Shown here one piece after another: positions 26,335 to 38,991 of a stretch of DNA of 64,000 nucleotides. Numbering within the stretch: position 1 is the stretch's first letter; each line of letters begins with the position of its first letter. The DNA lies in the NCBI RefSeq assembly GCF_006345805.1, contig NC_043001.1, positions 39,804,001-39,868,000 of the forward strand, given 5' to 3'. Origin of the DNA: Octopus sinensis (taxonomy: Eukaryota). The translations under genes and the position numbers were made by a program. The notes beneath the pieces are model-generated. The model did no database searches and had not been told where the DNA came from. It saw nothing but the letters and a program-made list of their open reading frames with translations.

Positions 26335-27360
26335 GTATCATCATCATTATACATTCATTGTCCATGCTGGCATGGCTTGGACGGTTTGACCAGGGCTGGT
26401 AAGCTGATGGGCAGCACCAGACTCCAGTCTGATTTGGCATGGTTTCTATATCTGGATGCCCTTCCTAACACCAACCACTCCATGAGTGTAATGGGTGCTT
26501 TTACATGTCAGTTACATGACACCAGTGTTGGTCACACTGCTTCGAATGGTGCTTTTTATGTGCCACCAGCATGAGTGCTAGTTATGTGACACCAGCATCA
26601 GCCACAATTATGATTTTACTTGGCTTGACAGATCTTCTCAAGCACAGCATATCACAAAAGGTTTAAGTCACTAGTCATTGCTTCTGTGAGGCCCAGCATC
26701 AGAAGATCATGCTTCACCAACTCATCCCATGTCTTCCTGGGTCTATCTCTACCGCAGGTTCCCTCCACAGTTAGAGATCAGTACTTCTTTATACAGCTGT
26801 CCTTGTCCATATGCATCACATGACCATACCAGTACAGTCATCTCTCTTGCACACCATACCTGATGCTTTGTATGCCCAACTTTTCTCTCAAGATACTTAC
26901 ACTCAGTTGTACATGCACTCTGACATTGCACATCCAGCACAGCATGCTAACTTCATTTCTTTCAAACCTACACTGTCCTTGGCAGTCACAGCCCATGTTT
27001 CACTGCCATGTAGCATAGCTGTTTGCCTACAGGCATCATACAGTCTGCCTTTCACTATGAGGGAGAAGCCCTTTGTTGACAACAGGGGTAGGAGCTCCTT
27101 GAGCTTTTCCCAGCCTACTCTTATTCTCACAGCTACACTCTTGGAGCTACCCCTTCCACTACTGACTTGGTTGTCTAAATAATAGAAGCTAACATCTACA
27201 TCTAGCAGTTGATAGAATCTATTATCTGTATATTTTCAATTTTTGTTGTACTTGTGCCTCTTCCACACACAAAAACTATTTTCCCAGTTAATCTTCCTCT
27301 GATATTGTAGCACCTCTTAGGTGTCCATAGCTTGCACTGGGTACATCTTATGGAGTTTCT
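26335..27360 (-). mobile_element. RTE-clade LINE 3' part; a separate plus-strand tail at 26120-26325 faces it
   Basis: ORF 26903..27130 (GRLYDAC, AMLHGSETW) and shared 3' UTR. Confidence 0.8.
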
Positions 27361-27504
27361 ACCTACGTAGTGTGTGTGTGTAGGTACAATAGATAGAAAT
27401 ATATAGAGATATTTATATACATATGCATGTATGTATATATATATATATATATACATACATACATACATACATACATATACACACTCATGTGTATAATGTG
27501 TTTG

Positions 27505-27570
<66 letters not shown>

Positions 27571-27599
27571 AAGATAGAGAGATAGATATTCTTTTATGT

Positions 27600-28907
27600 G
27601 CTTCAGCCTAGAGACTGTAACAATGCTGGGGTCCACTGTTATTATCACCTTTCTGATGGCTATTCTCATGTAATTGGCTTTGGGTGAAGTGGAAAGTTTG
27701 ATATGGTTGCCCTCTTCTGAGTTTCTTGCCATGATGTAGGTTCACCCCTGACTTTGGACAGCAATAGGTCAAGTTGTTTCTTAAAAACATCTATTTTAAC
27801 TTCATGTAGATCTCTCAGATGTTTTGCTAAGGTATCAAATAGTTGCAGACCTTTAAATCCCAAGCTATTGCAGTACATGGTCCTCCCACTAAATAGGGTG
27901 GTTGGGGCCTCTGGAACAGTGCAGTGATATCTAGTTTAGGGGCTGGTATAGCTCTCAATGCCAAAGTTTGGTGCTAACTTCTCCAGTATCTTCCACATAT
28001 ATATCCCAGTATGTCTCTCCTATCTTCACCTCAGGGTGCAGAGTCACATCTCTTCCAGTCTCTCTCAGTAGGTCAGCTGTTCCACTGATGCACTCTTTCT
28101 GGTGTAGCACTACTGAACTGCCTCAAGCTCCACTATTAATCTGATACTGTCGGTTGACCACAGATGAAAGACGGCTGCGAACAAATGTCTTCTATAAAAT
28201 CAGCATAGCTTCCTGGTCCCTTGTTCCAAAAGTTCTCAGAATTCATTTGGTCATTTGTCTGCACATTGCCACCATCTTGGTGAAATACACATGAAACAAG
28301 ATGATATTTCTCATATCAACTTCAGATTTTGCACTGCACATGACTCCGGTATTGCTGTTCCTTTTGGTCCAAAGTATCTTTGTTGTGGCATGTTAGCACA
28401 AGGTATCTGATAGCAGAGAGCTTGAAATTTTCCTGCATTAAACTGCATGTTGTTTTCTTCAGCCCTTTTATATATGGCATCTAGGTCTTCCTGTAGAAGA
28501 TTAGCATTGAGAAGTTCTTTGACTACTTGTATTAACTTTGTGTTGTCAGCATAGAAGTAAGTTTGACCATCTGTATAAATGATAGCATGTCCAAAAGAGC
28601 CACCATAAACAGCAGTGGATTCTATCTTTTAAGAAGCTATGTAGCCACTTTCCCAGTTTTCCAACTATATTGAGTTTCCATAGCTTGTGACACATAATCA
28701 CATGATCGGCCTATACAAAATTGAGATAGATCACATCCATATTTGGGTAATTCGTTAGTTGTTAAACTACTGCAGGAGCTGTAAAGGCAGCTTCTTCCTG
28801 AACAGATACCATGCTGGGTGTCAGGGTGCATGTCTTTATCTTCCAGGTATGTGATCAATTCTTCCTGACAAAGTGTTCCATAACTTTGCTGACATGTGAG
28901 GTTAGAG
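27600..28907 (-). mobile_element. CR1-like LINE, RT and 3' end
   Basis: LTSHVSKV...QHGICSGRSCL, YFYADNTKL, FKKQLDLLL; continues the frame broken at 34825. Confidence 0.75.
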
Positions 28908-28929
28908 CAGTTTCTGTCAAACTTTTTTA

Positions 28930-29203
28930 CCTTACAACACACTAGACGAGAAGAATTAAATCTCAACAAAATTGAATATACTTTATTGATATGAATAAAA
29001 ATAAATAATACAGTTCTATATTTAAGAGATGAAGAATTATGTACATTATTTACATTTGACGGACATTTGTCCTCATCTTGTTTGTTGTTAGCACAACGTT
29101 TCAGCTGATATACCCTCCAGCCTTCATCAGGTGTCTTGGGGAAATTTCGAACCTGGGTTCTCATTCCTAAGGTATTTTATCGATGTTGTTGTTGTTATTA
29201 TTA

Positions 29204-29260
<57 letters not shown>

Positions 29261-29329
29261 TCACTGCCTGGAATCAAACTCGGAATCTTAGGATTAGTAG
29301 CCCGTGCTTCTAACCACTAAGCCATATGC
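28930..29329 (-). mobile_element. tRNA-headed SINE-like element containing a hammerhead ribozyme
   Basis: A-box TGGCTTAGTGG, B-box-like GAGTTTGATTC, (AAT/AAC)n, body, then HHR core and AT-rich 3' end. Confidence 0.7.
29090..29136 (-). ncRNA. Minimal type I hammerhead ribozyme motif
   Basis: AGACAC-CTGATGA-A-GGCTG gagggtatat CAGCT-GAAACGTT-GTGCT: 5-bp stem II, palindromic AACGTT stem III, GUU site, CAC/GTG stem I. Confidence 0.7.
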
Positions 29330-29351
29330 TCGTGGGCATATGACATAACGG

Positions 29352-29470
29352 GCATATGACGTAGTGGTTAAGAGCACGGGCTACTAACCCAAAGATTCCG
29401 AGTTCGATTCCAAGCAGTAGCCTGAATAATAACAATAATAATAATAATAATAGTAATAATAATAATAATA
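29352..29470 (+). mobile_element. Inverted second copy of the SINE head plus (AAT)n
   Basis: Reverse-complement match to 29254-29329. Confidence 0.75.
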
Positions 29471-29949
29471 TTTTAAAATGGTATGACCTAACTCTTCACA
29501 AAGGGTAAACAGTCAAGATAAAGAGTGTGATTCGATTGTAAGATATTTTATTGGTTGAACAATATTTCAACAGTAAGTTTGTCTTTGTCAAGTTTAAAAT
29601 AAGAAGTGATAAAAATTCATAATTATAGAAATTTAAGCGTAAAGTATTTCCATGCCGATAAAAAGAAAAAGCACAGAAACAGAACACAAACTTATATACG
29701 TTAGCACACACGTGCGTTAACAACTTGTGTTTTCTTTGTCTCAAGTTTTCTCTCTCTGTTTCATTTTCTTTTTTTTTTCTTCCTTTCAGGACGGCAGAAG
29801 GTGCATACAAAAAGTTTTCTCCACCACACTCAGTAAGTTATTAAAAAAATTGTTCTTACAATAAAAAGAAAATTTTTTTGCCTTTGTTTTTTTGTACACA
29901 CACACACCAATCCATGAACATATTTTTTTTGTCGGTTCACTAGTTTTTG

Positions 29950-32900
29950 CCGTTTCTCGTCGTTTTGCTTCTACTCATTTCCCTTTGCTCTGTGACAGAT
30001 ATTTTGAACAAACATGTCTGGACCAGGTTTGCCTTTATTCACTGGGGAGATGCGGGCCTTTGGTTTGCCCAAATTGAGTCCCACTTTACCACCCATGTCG
30101 TCTCTCCCAATCAGCAGTTACATCTCTTCTACTGTAGCTTGCCTCCTCAACTTGCCACATCGGCCAGGGATCTCTTAACGAGTCCCAACCCAGATGCCAC
30201 CTATGCGTCAGTCAAAGCAGAAATTCTCCGACGCAACATGCGGTCAGAGGAGAGCAAGTTCAATGAGCTCATGGCTGATGAACAGTTGGGGGATAGAACA
30301 CCCTCACAATTCCTGCGTCGTTTAAGGGAATTAAGTGGGAACTCAGCAGACGCGCCTCTGCTGCGCAAGATATTTTTCTCCAGGTTGCCTGCCAACGTGC
30401 AGACAATTTTGGCCACAGCCCGGGAGTCTAACACTGTTGACCAAATTGCCACAATGGCTGATAAAATCTTGGAATTTTCTGGCCCACCTTTGTCGCATAG
30501 TTTGTGCACATGTACCGAGACCCTCCGACAGCTTCTTCTCTGACACATAATTCTTTAGCAGATAAGATAGATGCACTTACACAACGCATGGATGATCTGT
30601 GCCATGGGAATAGGCGTCGTTCACGCAGTCATAGTCGGGGTGGCTCTCTTTATCTTTCCTCTGGGAAGCATTCCGGCTTGTGCTGGTACCACATAAATTT
30701 TGCCGAAAAGGCAAACAAGTGTACCCAGCCATGCAATTTCAAACCCTCATTAAACTAAATCCGGAGAAGTTGAGCACGGCACCTTCTTCCTTTTCTCTTC
30801 CTACAAATGGTGCATTTTTTGTCAAAGATCTGGTGTCGAAGAAATTCTTCATAGTAGACATCGGTTCATGTTGTAGCATTTGGCCTCTTCGTCTGACTGC
30901 AGACAAACCCAAGCATTCTTCAATTGTTTTGCATGCCATTGACTCGTCTCCTATATCTACCTTCGGTCAGATTTCACTACGCCTCGACATTAATCTTTGT
31001 TGAGATTTTCAATGGGTTTTCATCATCGCTGACATCCCGCATCCTATTCTCGGTGCTGATTTCTTGGATCGGTTTAATCTATTGGTAGATGTCAGACGTC
31101 GGAGGCTTCTTGACAGTATTACGTCATTCTCCACACCGACTAGGAGTTCCACCAATGCGGTTCTTAGCCCGACATTTTTTGTTGCCACCTCTGGAGACGC
31201 CTTTCATTCTCTTTTGGCTTTATTTCCGGAGCTAGTGGACATTACCTTTCAGCTGGCAAAGCATACCCACTCGACCCTTCATTTTATCGTCACCACTGGG
31301 CCGCCTGTTTTTTCGCGCCCACGGCGCCTTGTCCCTGACCGTCTAAAAGAAAACCGCTAGGGCCGAGTTTGAGCACATGCTCCAACTTGGCCTAATACGC
31401 CCCTCCACCAGCCCATGGGCGTCTCTCCTTCATTTGGCGCAAAAAGGGGAGTCTGATTTTCGCCCGGTAGGAGATTATCGACACCTCAATGCGGTAACGA
31501 TAGCTGATCGCTACCCAATAAGAAATCTTCAGGACTTTTCGGCGAATCTTCATGGTTGTACCATTTTTTTAAAAGTCGATCTTATACGCGCTTATCACCA
31601 TATACTGGTCAACCCAGCCGATGTTCCGAAAACTGCGATTACTACCCTTTTTGGGTGTTTTGAGTTTTTATATATGAGTTTCGGCTTGTGGAATGCTACC
31701 AGCACTTTCCAGCGCTTCATTGATGAGGTTGTCCGTGGTCTTGATTTTGCGTTTGCCTATGTCGATGATATACTCATTGCGAGCGACACCCGTGAAAATC
31801 ATCTCCGGCACCTCTCTCAGCTTTTCAGCATCTTCGCGCTTATAGTATACACATAAATCCTGACAAGTGTGTTTTCGGACAATCTTCTCTAGATTTTCTA
31901 GGTCATCATATTGATTCGAGTGGAATCAGACCTCTGTCGTCAAAAGTCGATGCCATTCAATGCATCGCACCTCCTACTTCCTTGCGCCAGCTCAGGCATT
32001 ATCTAGGGATGGTCAATTTCTACAGACGTTTTATTCCCTGTTGTGCAGATAAGCTACTACCCCTCACCAGGCTATTAAAGGACACTCCTAGAAAGGACGT
32101 TCAAGCCACCCTCTCTGTTGAGGCACTGAGAGCTTTTGAGTCCATCAAGAAGGATCTAGCTTCTGTTTCTTTGCTTGCACATCCGGTTCCTGGTGCTTCT
32201 CTCTCTTTAACTGTAGACGCATCGGACACTGCGATTGGCGCTGTGTTACAACACACAGTGGATGATCATACTCGACCTCTGGCCTTCTTTTCCCGCCAAC
32301 TGCAACCAGCTGAACGACGATACATCACTTTTGATCGTGAGCTCCTAGCCGTCTGTCTATCGGTTCGTCATTTCCAGCATCAACTCGAAGGTCGAGATTT
32401 TGTGATCTATACGGATCACAAGCCTCTTACGTTTGCCCTGTTTTCTAAAACGGACAAACTCTCGCCTTGTGCTTTCCGTCACTTGGATTTTATGTCACAA
32501 TTTAACAGTGACATTCGTCACATACCTGGAAAAGAGAACGTTCCTGCTGACGCTCTCTCTTGCCTTCCAGTCTGCTCTCTTTTGTCTCCTGCTACGATTG
32601 ACTTAACTGCCATTTCGCAGGAGCAGTCACCTTTGGCGACGTTAGACTTAACTTCGCCTAAGTTCTCCTGTTGCCAGTTTGCCTATCTTCCGCTTCCGTC
32701 AGCCGAAGGTACCATTCTTTGTGATACTTCCACTGGTTCTCCCAGGCCACTCGTGCCTGAGAATCACCAACGCTCAGTGTTTGAGGCACTGCACTCCTTA
32801 TCACATCCTGGCATTGCTGCTACCCTTAAGCTTATCACTGCTCGTTTTTTCTGGCCGAATATGCGTCGCACTCTTATCTCTTGGACACGCACTTGCTCCA

Positions 32901-34613
32901 AGTGTCAACGGTCCAAGATTCAATGGCACGTTCGTACCCCGCTTTGACACTTTCCCCATTTCGGAGGCCCGTTTTCGCCATGTCCACATTGATCTGGTTG
33001 GACCATGGCCTGTGAGTCGCGGGTTTTCTTATCTTTTAACCTGTGTCGATCACTTCTCCCGTTGGCCTGAAGCCATTCCGATAGCAGATATTTCTGCTAA
33101 GTCTGTTGCTTAGCTTTTGTTTCTTACTGGATTTCACATTTCGGAGTTCCGTCCAGATTGCCTACTGATCGTGGACGTCAGTTTGAAGCTTCGTTATTTC
33201 GTGAATTGTCTCGCATCACATTCACACTACCAATTATCATCCAGCGTCTAATGGATTAGTTGAACGGTTCCATAGACAGCTCAAGGCCGCCCTTCGTGCC
33301 TCTTCAGGTCCACAGTCTTGGAATGAATTTCTGCCAATTGTGCTTCTTGGTTGTCGTACTGCTGTCAAGGCAGATCTAGGTTTTTCTTCTGCAGAGCTAC
33401 TGTATGGTACCACACTGGCATTGCCTGGTACGATGCTGGTGCCAAACACTACACAGCCCCACGATCCGGCGTCTTATGTCGCCAGACTGCGTTCTTATTT
33501 TTCAAATCTTCCGCCCATGGTTTCCAGGCAACAATCTCTACCCTCTCATGTCCTACCGGATATGGACACTTTGTCGTATGTTTCTGTTCGAGACGACTCT
33601 GTCAAGAGACCTCTTGTTTCTCCTTATAAAGGACTTTTCCGTGTGCTTTCTCGCACACACAAAGTTTTCACCATTGAAATGAATGGTCATGCGGAGACCG
33701 TTTCAGTGGACCGACTAAAAAAGGCACATTTTGAGGTGTCTTCATCTCTTGATGACACCGTTGCCACACCCACCTATGCACCTTTGACAACACATTCACC
33801 TACACAGACACCTCTGCCTCTACCGGCTCCTACAACGCCACCTTCGCCGTTGACGGGTGCCCCGAGCACACCGTATATTACTAGATCGGGTAGAATTGTT
33901 CATTGGCCCAAGAGACTTTCAAAAACAATTTACATTTGACATTCCTTTCTTGTGGTCAATCTCATGTTTTACTCTTGGACATTTTCTGAAGAGACAAAAA
34001 GAAAAACTTTGTGCATGTTATATATTCTTTTGCATTTCAATTTTCTGTTGTCATATTGTATGCCACATCTTCTGGGGGATCGGAAACCATCTTGTTTTCT
34101 ACAGCCACTACAATTTTCTTGTTTCGTGCCTCCGCACTCGAGAGAGAGCCATGTAGTGACGCTACTGTGGAAGTTTCAGCGTGTATGCGCAGAATTGGAT
34201 TACTTCCGGTAGGCCGCCAGAAGTTCCCTCATGCGCATGCGCAGGAACTGCAACCTGAAAGCGTCCCCGCTAAAATCGGTCCTTTTTCGGAGAGCAGCCC
34301 TAACGAGCGGACGTGACTAAAACTTCTCTCAGGGAAAACCCTACGCACAGAGAAGCTCTCTCTTCGAAGCGGGAACGGAGACCGTATCTTCTTGGCTCAC
34401 CCGAGTGAACATTTGTAAACAGTCCTGTGGACTTGGCTGCCGGTTCGCCCTTAAGAAATATATATGTATATATTTTACCTGTGAACCCGAATAAAATACT
34501 ATTTATTGTTACTGAAGACAGCCGGATTTTTGGTTCCTTTTCTTCGACTATTGTATGTGGCAATATAAGACCAGACACCCCTCAAGTGTTCCTGAAACTC
34601 TCATCTTGTTACA
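29950..34613 (+). mobile_element. Ty3/Gypsy LTR retrotransposon (gag-PR-RT-RH-IN), pseudogenised, 5' LTR missing
   Basis: gag LWFAQIES...LGDRTPSQFLRRL; RT YVDD (~31757); RNase H DASD/TDHKPL (31982..32947); integrase HIDLVGP, GLVER; PPT GAGAGAGAG before the LTR. Confidence 0.92.
34152..34613 (+). repeat. 3' LTR of the Gypsy element
   Basis: TGTAG...TTACA termini directly after the polypurine tract; internal AATAAA. Confidence 0.75.
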
Positions 34614-34824
34614 TATTGTAGCAAAACTTCTGTTCGTCATGTAGTGTAATTAATTTATATTTACCGTATCTTACGATTTACTTAATTAATTTATATTTAC
34701 GCTCAAACTTTGCGAATGTTCTTGGATCGTTGCTTTCCAAAAATCCTGAAAATATTTTTCGCACCACTCCAGGAATCTCTCGCAGCACACCACTGTCCTG
34801 CAGCACACAGTTTGGCAGACACTG

Positions 34825-36770
34825 GGTTTGAGAGATAGGCCTATAATTTTTAGCATCTGCTCTTTTACCTTTTTAATGGATAGGACATATTATGCTTTCC
34901 TTTAACTTTCTGAGAAGTCTCCCATTTGCAAGGAAGCTTAGGAAAAGGATATCTTGTAGACTTACTAAATCTCTTTGCATTTCTTTAAGAGTATCTCTGG
35001 GAATCCATCAGAGCTTGTGATTGAGTTTAAGCCCATTTCATCAATGGCTGATATTACATCAGTTTCCTCTATTTCGATATAATCAATAGTTGCTATTTCT
35101 TTGTGTAGAGCTGTGGTGCTAAAGAACATATCATATATATTTATTTGCAAGTGTCCCAAGGAGTTTTGAAAACACCTTTGTATTGCACGTTCAGCATTTC
35201 ACTTATCCTCTGGGGATTTGCTGTCGGTGGCCCTATCTTGTACTGTACTGAAACAGACTCTTTTACAAATCTGTAGAAGTTTTAAAGGTTTGCCTTTACA
35301 ATTTTTACAGTCCTACCTTCTTTTTCTGGTGTCTTCTTTGGGAAAAAGAGTGTTTGGGTTCACTTTCAATCTCAAGCATTGTTTGTTTGAGATAAGAGTG
35401 TAAGGAATGCGTGCGCATAGTATTTGTGTCTGTGTGTTCGTGTATGCGACAGAAGTGTATGCGTATAGAACAAAATACAGAACATAAGATGAATGTCTCA
35501 TATTGAGTTAAGGTGGAATTTGTTTACCAGTTCGTAAGTGAGGTACATGATAACAAGAGTTCTATAACAAGATGTTGGGGTCACGTGGCAGAATGCCGGT
35601 TACTACATGTGTAGAAGTTGTGGCTTCAATGCGGTGCCGAGTCTCTTGATACAGAAAGTTCTTCAGGTAGACTGTAACTGTTTTACCTCAGTGAAATATT
35701 CACAAACAGCGTGAGTTTAGACCTGGGCGATACTGATGTGTACATGTTGTTGAAGTTGACGGTGGTGGAGACGTCCTACGCTGCTGGTGTACATTAGCAT
35801 CATCGTCTGTCGCTGGAACTGGAACACGGCTGAGTAGCTCGGTGGTCAGTGACTAGACCTTAGAAGGTCTAGAACCAAAGACCTGGAATAGTGAATGCTG
35901 GCCTTTTTATAGGGTTTAGGTGGCTCAAATGAAGGATCAGAAAAAACAGTGTCACGAGACCTTATCCAAAGGCCGTGATTGGTTGGCTTACACACTGGCG
36001 CGAAATAAGTCGAGAGACAAACCGCGCCAAATGCCAACGAATCAGAGCAGTGGACACAACAGGGTCAAACTAGCCAAAGATGGTTGTAATCTCAAACGAG
36101 ATCATTCTTAATGTGTCTCTCAAACAGTGAGATTATCAGTTACGCTACAGGAGTCTTCCCTCTCTTTTTGTTGTACACTTGGATGATTTGAGATCTTTGC
36201 TCGTCGTCTCTTTAGAATTTTCCAACCTCTGGGAATTATATTTTTCTGTTGGTTTGACATTCTCTCTGGATCAAACTTACTGCATATGTCATGCATGACT
36301 GTCAAAGTTCTGTAACTTTATGTCAATATCTTGTGAAGAGAGACCAGTTTTGTTCCATGATCTTTTTCTGAATATCCTTCCAAACAGTTCTATGAAAGTT
36401 CAGGATGGAAAGGAGTTGGGTGCTTCTAATAGCTTGAATGGCGGCAGTTCTCTGCAGACCATGTGTTATTAGTTCTATAAGATGAAGGTCTGAGAAAAAT
36501 CGCTGGTGTCACCTTAACAATATGGATGAATGCCATGCTATTTGTAAAGCAGAAGTTCAAGACATTTTTATCTCTTGTTGAGTGGAATACCATTTGCTCC
36601 ATAAAGAGCATGTTTGTGCGGTCAAGCAGAGATTCATGCACTGACATACTCGAGAGAAGGCAGCCTCCGGCCATTTCACAGTGGGGAAGAAGTATGCGAA
36701 GGATATTATCTAGGTTGGTTAACACTTCTTCCGTCTTTTTGAGACTCTCTTTGAATGAGTTCTCATGATC
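34825..36770 (-). mobile_element. CR1-like LINE, endonuclease/linker/RT N-terminal part, interrupted at about 35400-36110
   Basis: QMVFHSTRDKNVLNFCFTN (APE), DGFPEILLKKC and AKNYRPIS at the hAT junction. Confidence 0.65.
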
Positions 36771-37780
36771 TGGCGCATTTGGTGGGAGTTATGTAGTACA
36801 TAAAAAGTTCTGGAAATGAAAGGCCTCGAGACGAGGAGAAGGTGAGATTTTATGAGGTGTAGGCTCAAAAAGGAGTTAAGAACAGGCTGTCTCGCAGAAT
36901 TTTATTTACAGGCTCCGATTGGTTATACGCGGAAAATTGGCGCGACAGAGTAAGAGACAAATTGCACCAATACCAACCAATCAGATTAGTGGACACAACG
37001 GGATCCAAATAGCGGACAAAGGCTAGCTGTTACATGCGACGTTCGAATGCACGTATTTATAATGAAGGGAGAGAGAAATTTCACTCAAGTGTATGCTACA
37101 ATATTACTATTTTGACTCAAGTGTATGCTACAATATTACTATTTTGGTCTGTTTAATGTGTATTACCAGAGTGACACAAACTGAGTCTGAGTGTGGCAGC
37201 AGGATTACAAGTGTGACATCTTCCCAGATGTACATTGCCACTCCATCATAAATTCTTTCTCTTTAGTCTGTTTGAAATACAATATACTTTTGTATGTGTA
37301 TTTCAGCAACTGATATGTAAGCGTTCAGATGTGTTTCTGTTAGTGCCATGCATATTGCTTGATTACATGTAACTAAGTCTTTCAGCTATGAGGCTTTGTA
37401 TTGGTAGGACATTACAAGGCCCATGACATTCAGAAAGTAAACATATCGGATGTCGGTACTGACCACTGGTCTGACATTTACTGAGGCATCAGAGGTGACG
37501 ACCCTTGACCTTTTGTTGCTTGCAGGAGTCTTGAGTGTTGTGACTTGCTTCTCAGACTCAAACTCTGATAAAGCCAATTCACCTGTCTTATAATAATACT
37601 CTGTCGTTTCCAAACGAGACTGATGTCTATATATATATATCATCATCATTTAATGTCCATTTTCTATACTGGCATGGGTTGGACAGTTTAACAGGAACTG
37701 GCCAACTGAAGAGTTGTCCAGGCTCCATGTCTGCGGATGGATGCCCTTCTTAATGCCAGATACATACATACATACATACA

Positions 37781-37811
<31 letters not shown>

Positions 37812-38679
37812 TTCGGTGCAAATATCTTTGATCCAATGGCCAACTGAAGAGTTGTCCAGGCTCCATGTCTGCGGATGGATGCCCTTCTTAATGCCAGATA
37901 CATACATACATACATACATATTTCGGAGCAAATATCTTTGATCCAATGGTATACACACACATGCGCACACACACGAATGCACACATACCTAAAACTCACA
38001 ACCCCACGTATACACGTACACACATACACAAGCCACACATACACGCACACACAACTACACGCATACACATACACGTGCACACACACGCACAAAATGTCAT
38101 ACACATACCTCCCCACACAACCCCTCGCTCACACACATCTGCACACACATACACACGCATACACACATGCACGCACATACACACACATGTACACACGCAC
38201 ATACACTCACACTCACACATGTACACACGCACGCACACGCAAATGAACACACACATAGCTCCCATACACACACAACACACACTCATACATACACGCATAT
38301 AATTATACATACATGGACACACGCACACACAGAGTAACTTACATTTACACAACAGACAGCCACTGCTACCAAAATTCTTACTATAAATTCTTCCTACGAC
38401 CTTAAGCGACACTAGTCCAACCACACACATACATAAACAGCCACAACTACACACACGCCTGCGCACACACATACATGTGCTATCATTACACACACACACA
38501 CACACAGACCTGCGCACACGCACATACCCACACATACGCATACCTCCTTCTCTTGCACTCTCCTGTCTTAGAAAGAACTTTTTCTTCACCCATTCCCTTC
38601 CGGTTATTTCAATATGTGACTTCGTGTTTGGCGTTGGCGATTTTTTTTCTCCATCTTCCCTTCTTTGGACTTCTTCTAT

Positions 38680-38714
38680 ATTTCTGATGAAGGGCTCTGC
38701 TCGAAACATGAAAT
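38680..38714 (+). ncRNA. Degenerate minimal hammerhead motif in an isolated PLE-type terminus
   Basis: ATTT-CTGATGA-A-GGGC tct GCTC-GAAACATG-AAAT; position 17 would be G, so probably inactive. Confidence 0.5.
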
Positions 38715-38804
38715 CCTCTTTCTTTTCTTTCCTTTCCTGAGCGTCCAATAACACAGTACTTGTTCCACGTCCTCGCATTTTTTCTTGCTTGTTCATGTTT
38801 GAAT

Positions 38805-38862
<58 letters not shown>

Positions 38863-38938
38863 GTGGAAAGGAACACACGAGTTGATATATATGAAAAATC
38901 AAGTCAAAAATAGAAAATGCTAAAATAATTTTATAGTG

Positions 38939-38991
38939 AATCTTTCAGTACCGGTTTCGGTCATTTTGAGACCTTTTCAACTGTAACGATT
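38939..38991 (-). ncRNA. Hammerhead ribozyme motif, U3-A8 variant (left arm copy)
   Basis: Exact reverse complement of 41349..41401. Confidence 0.7.

Larger units (their letters stand above)
28908..34824. mobile_element. hAT-type non-autonomous element carrying nested insertions
   Basis: TIRs CAGTTTCTGTCAAACT / AGTTTGGCAGACACTG (14/16); 8-bp TSD GGTTAGAG / GGTTTGAG; splits CR1 NYRPIS|LTSH. Confidence 0.75.

Noticed and set aside
29352-29427. Possible tRNA gene (anticodon loop CTACTAA, A and B boxes)
   Set aside because: The acceptor stem does not pair, the ACT anticodon is non-standard in eukaryotes, and it runs into (AAT)n; it is a SINE head.
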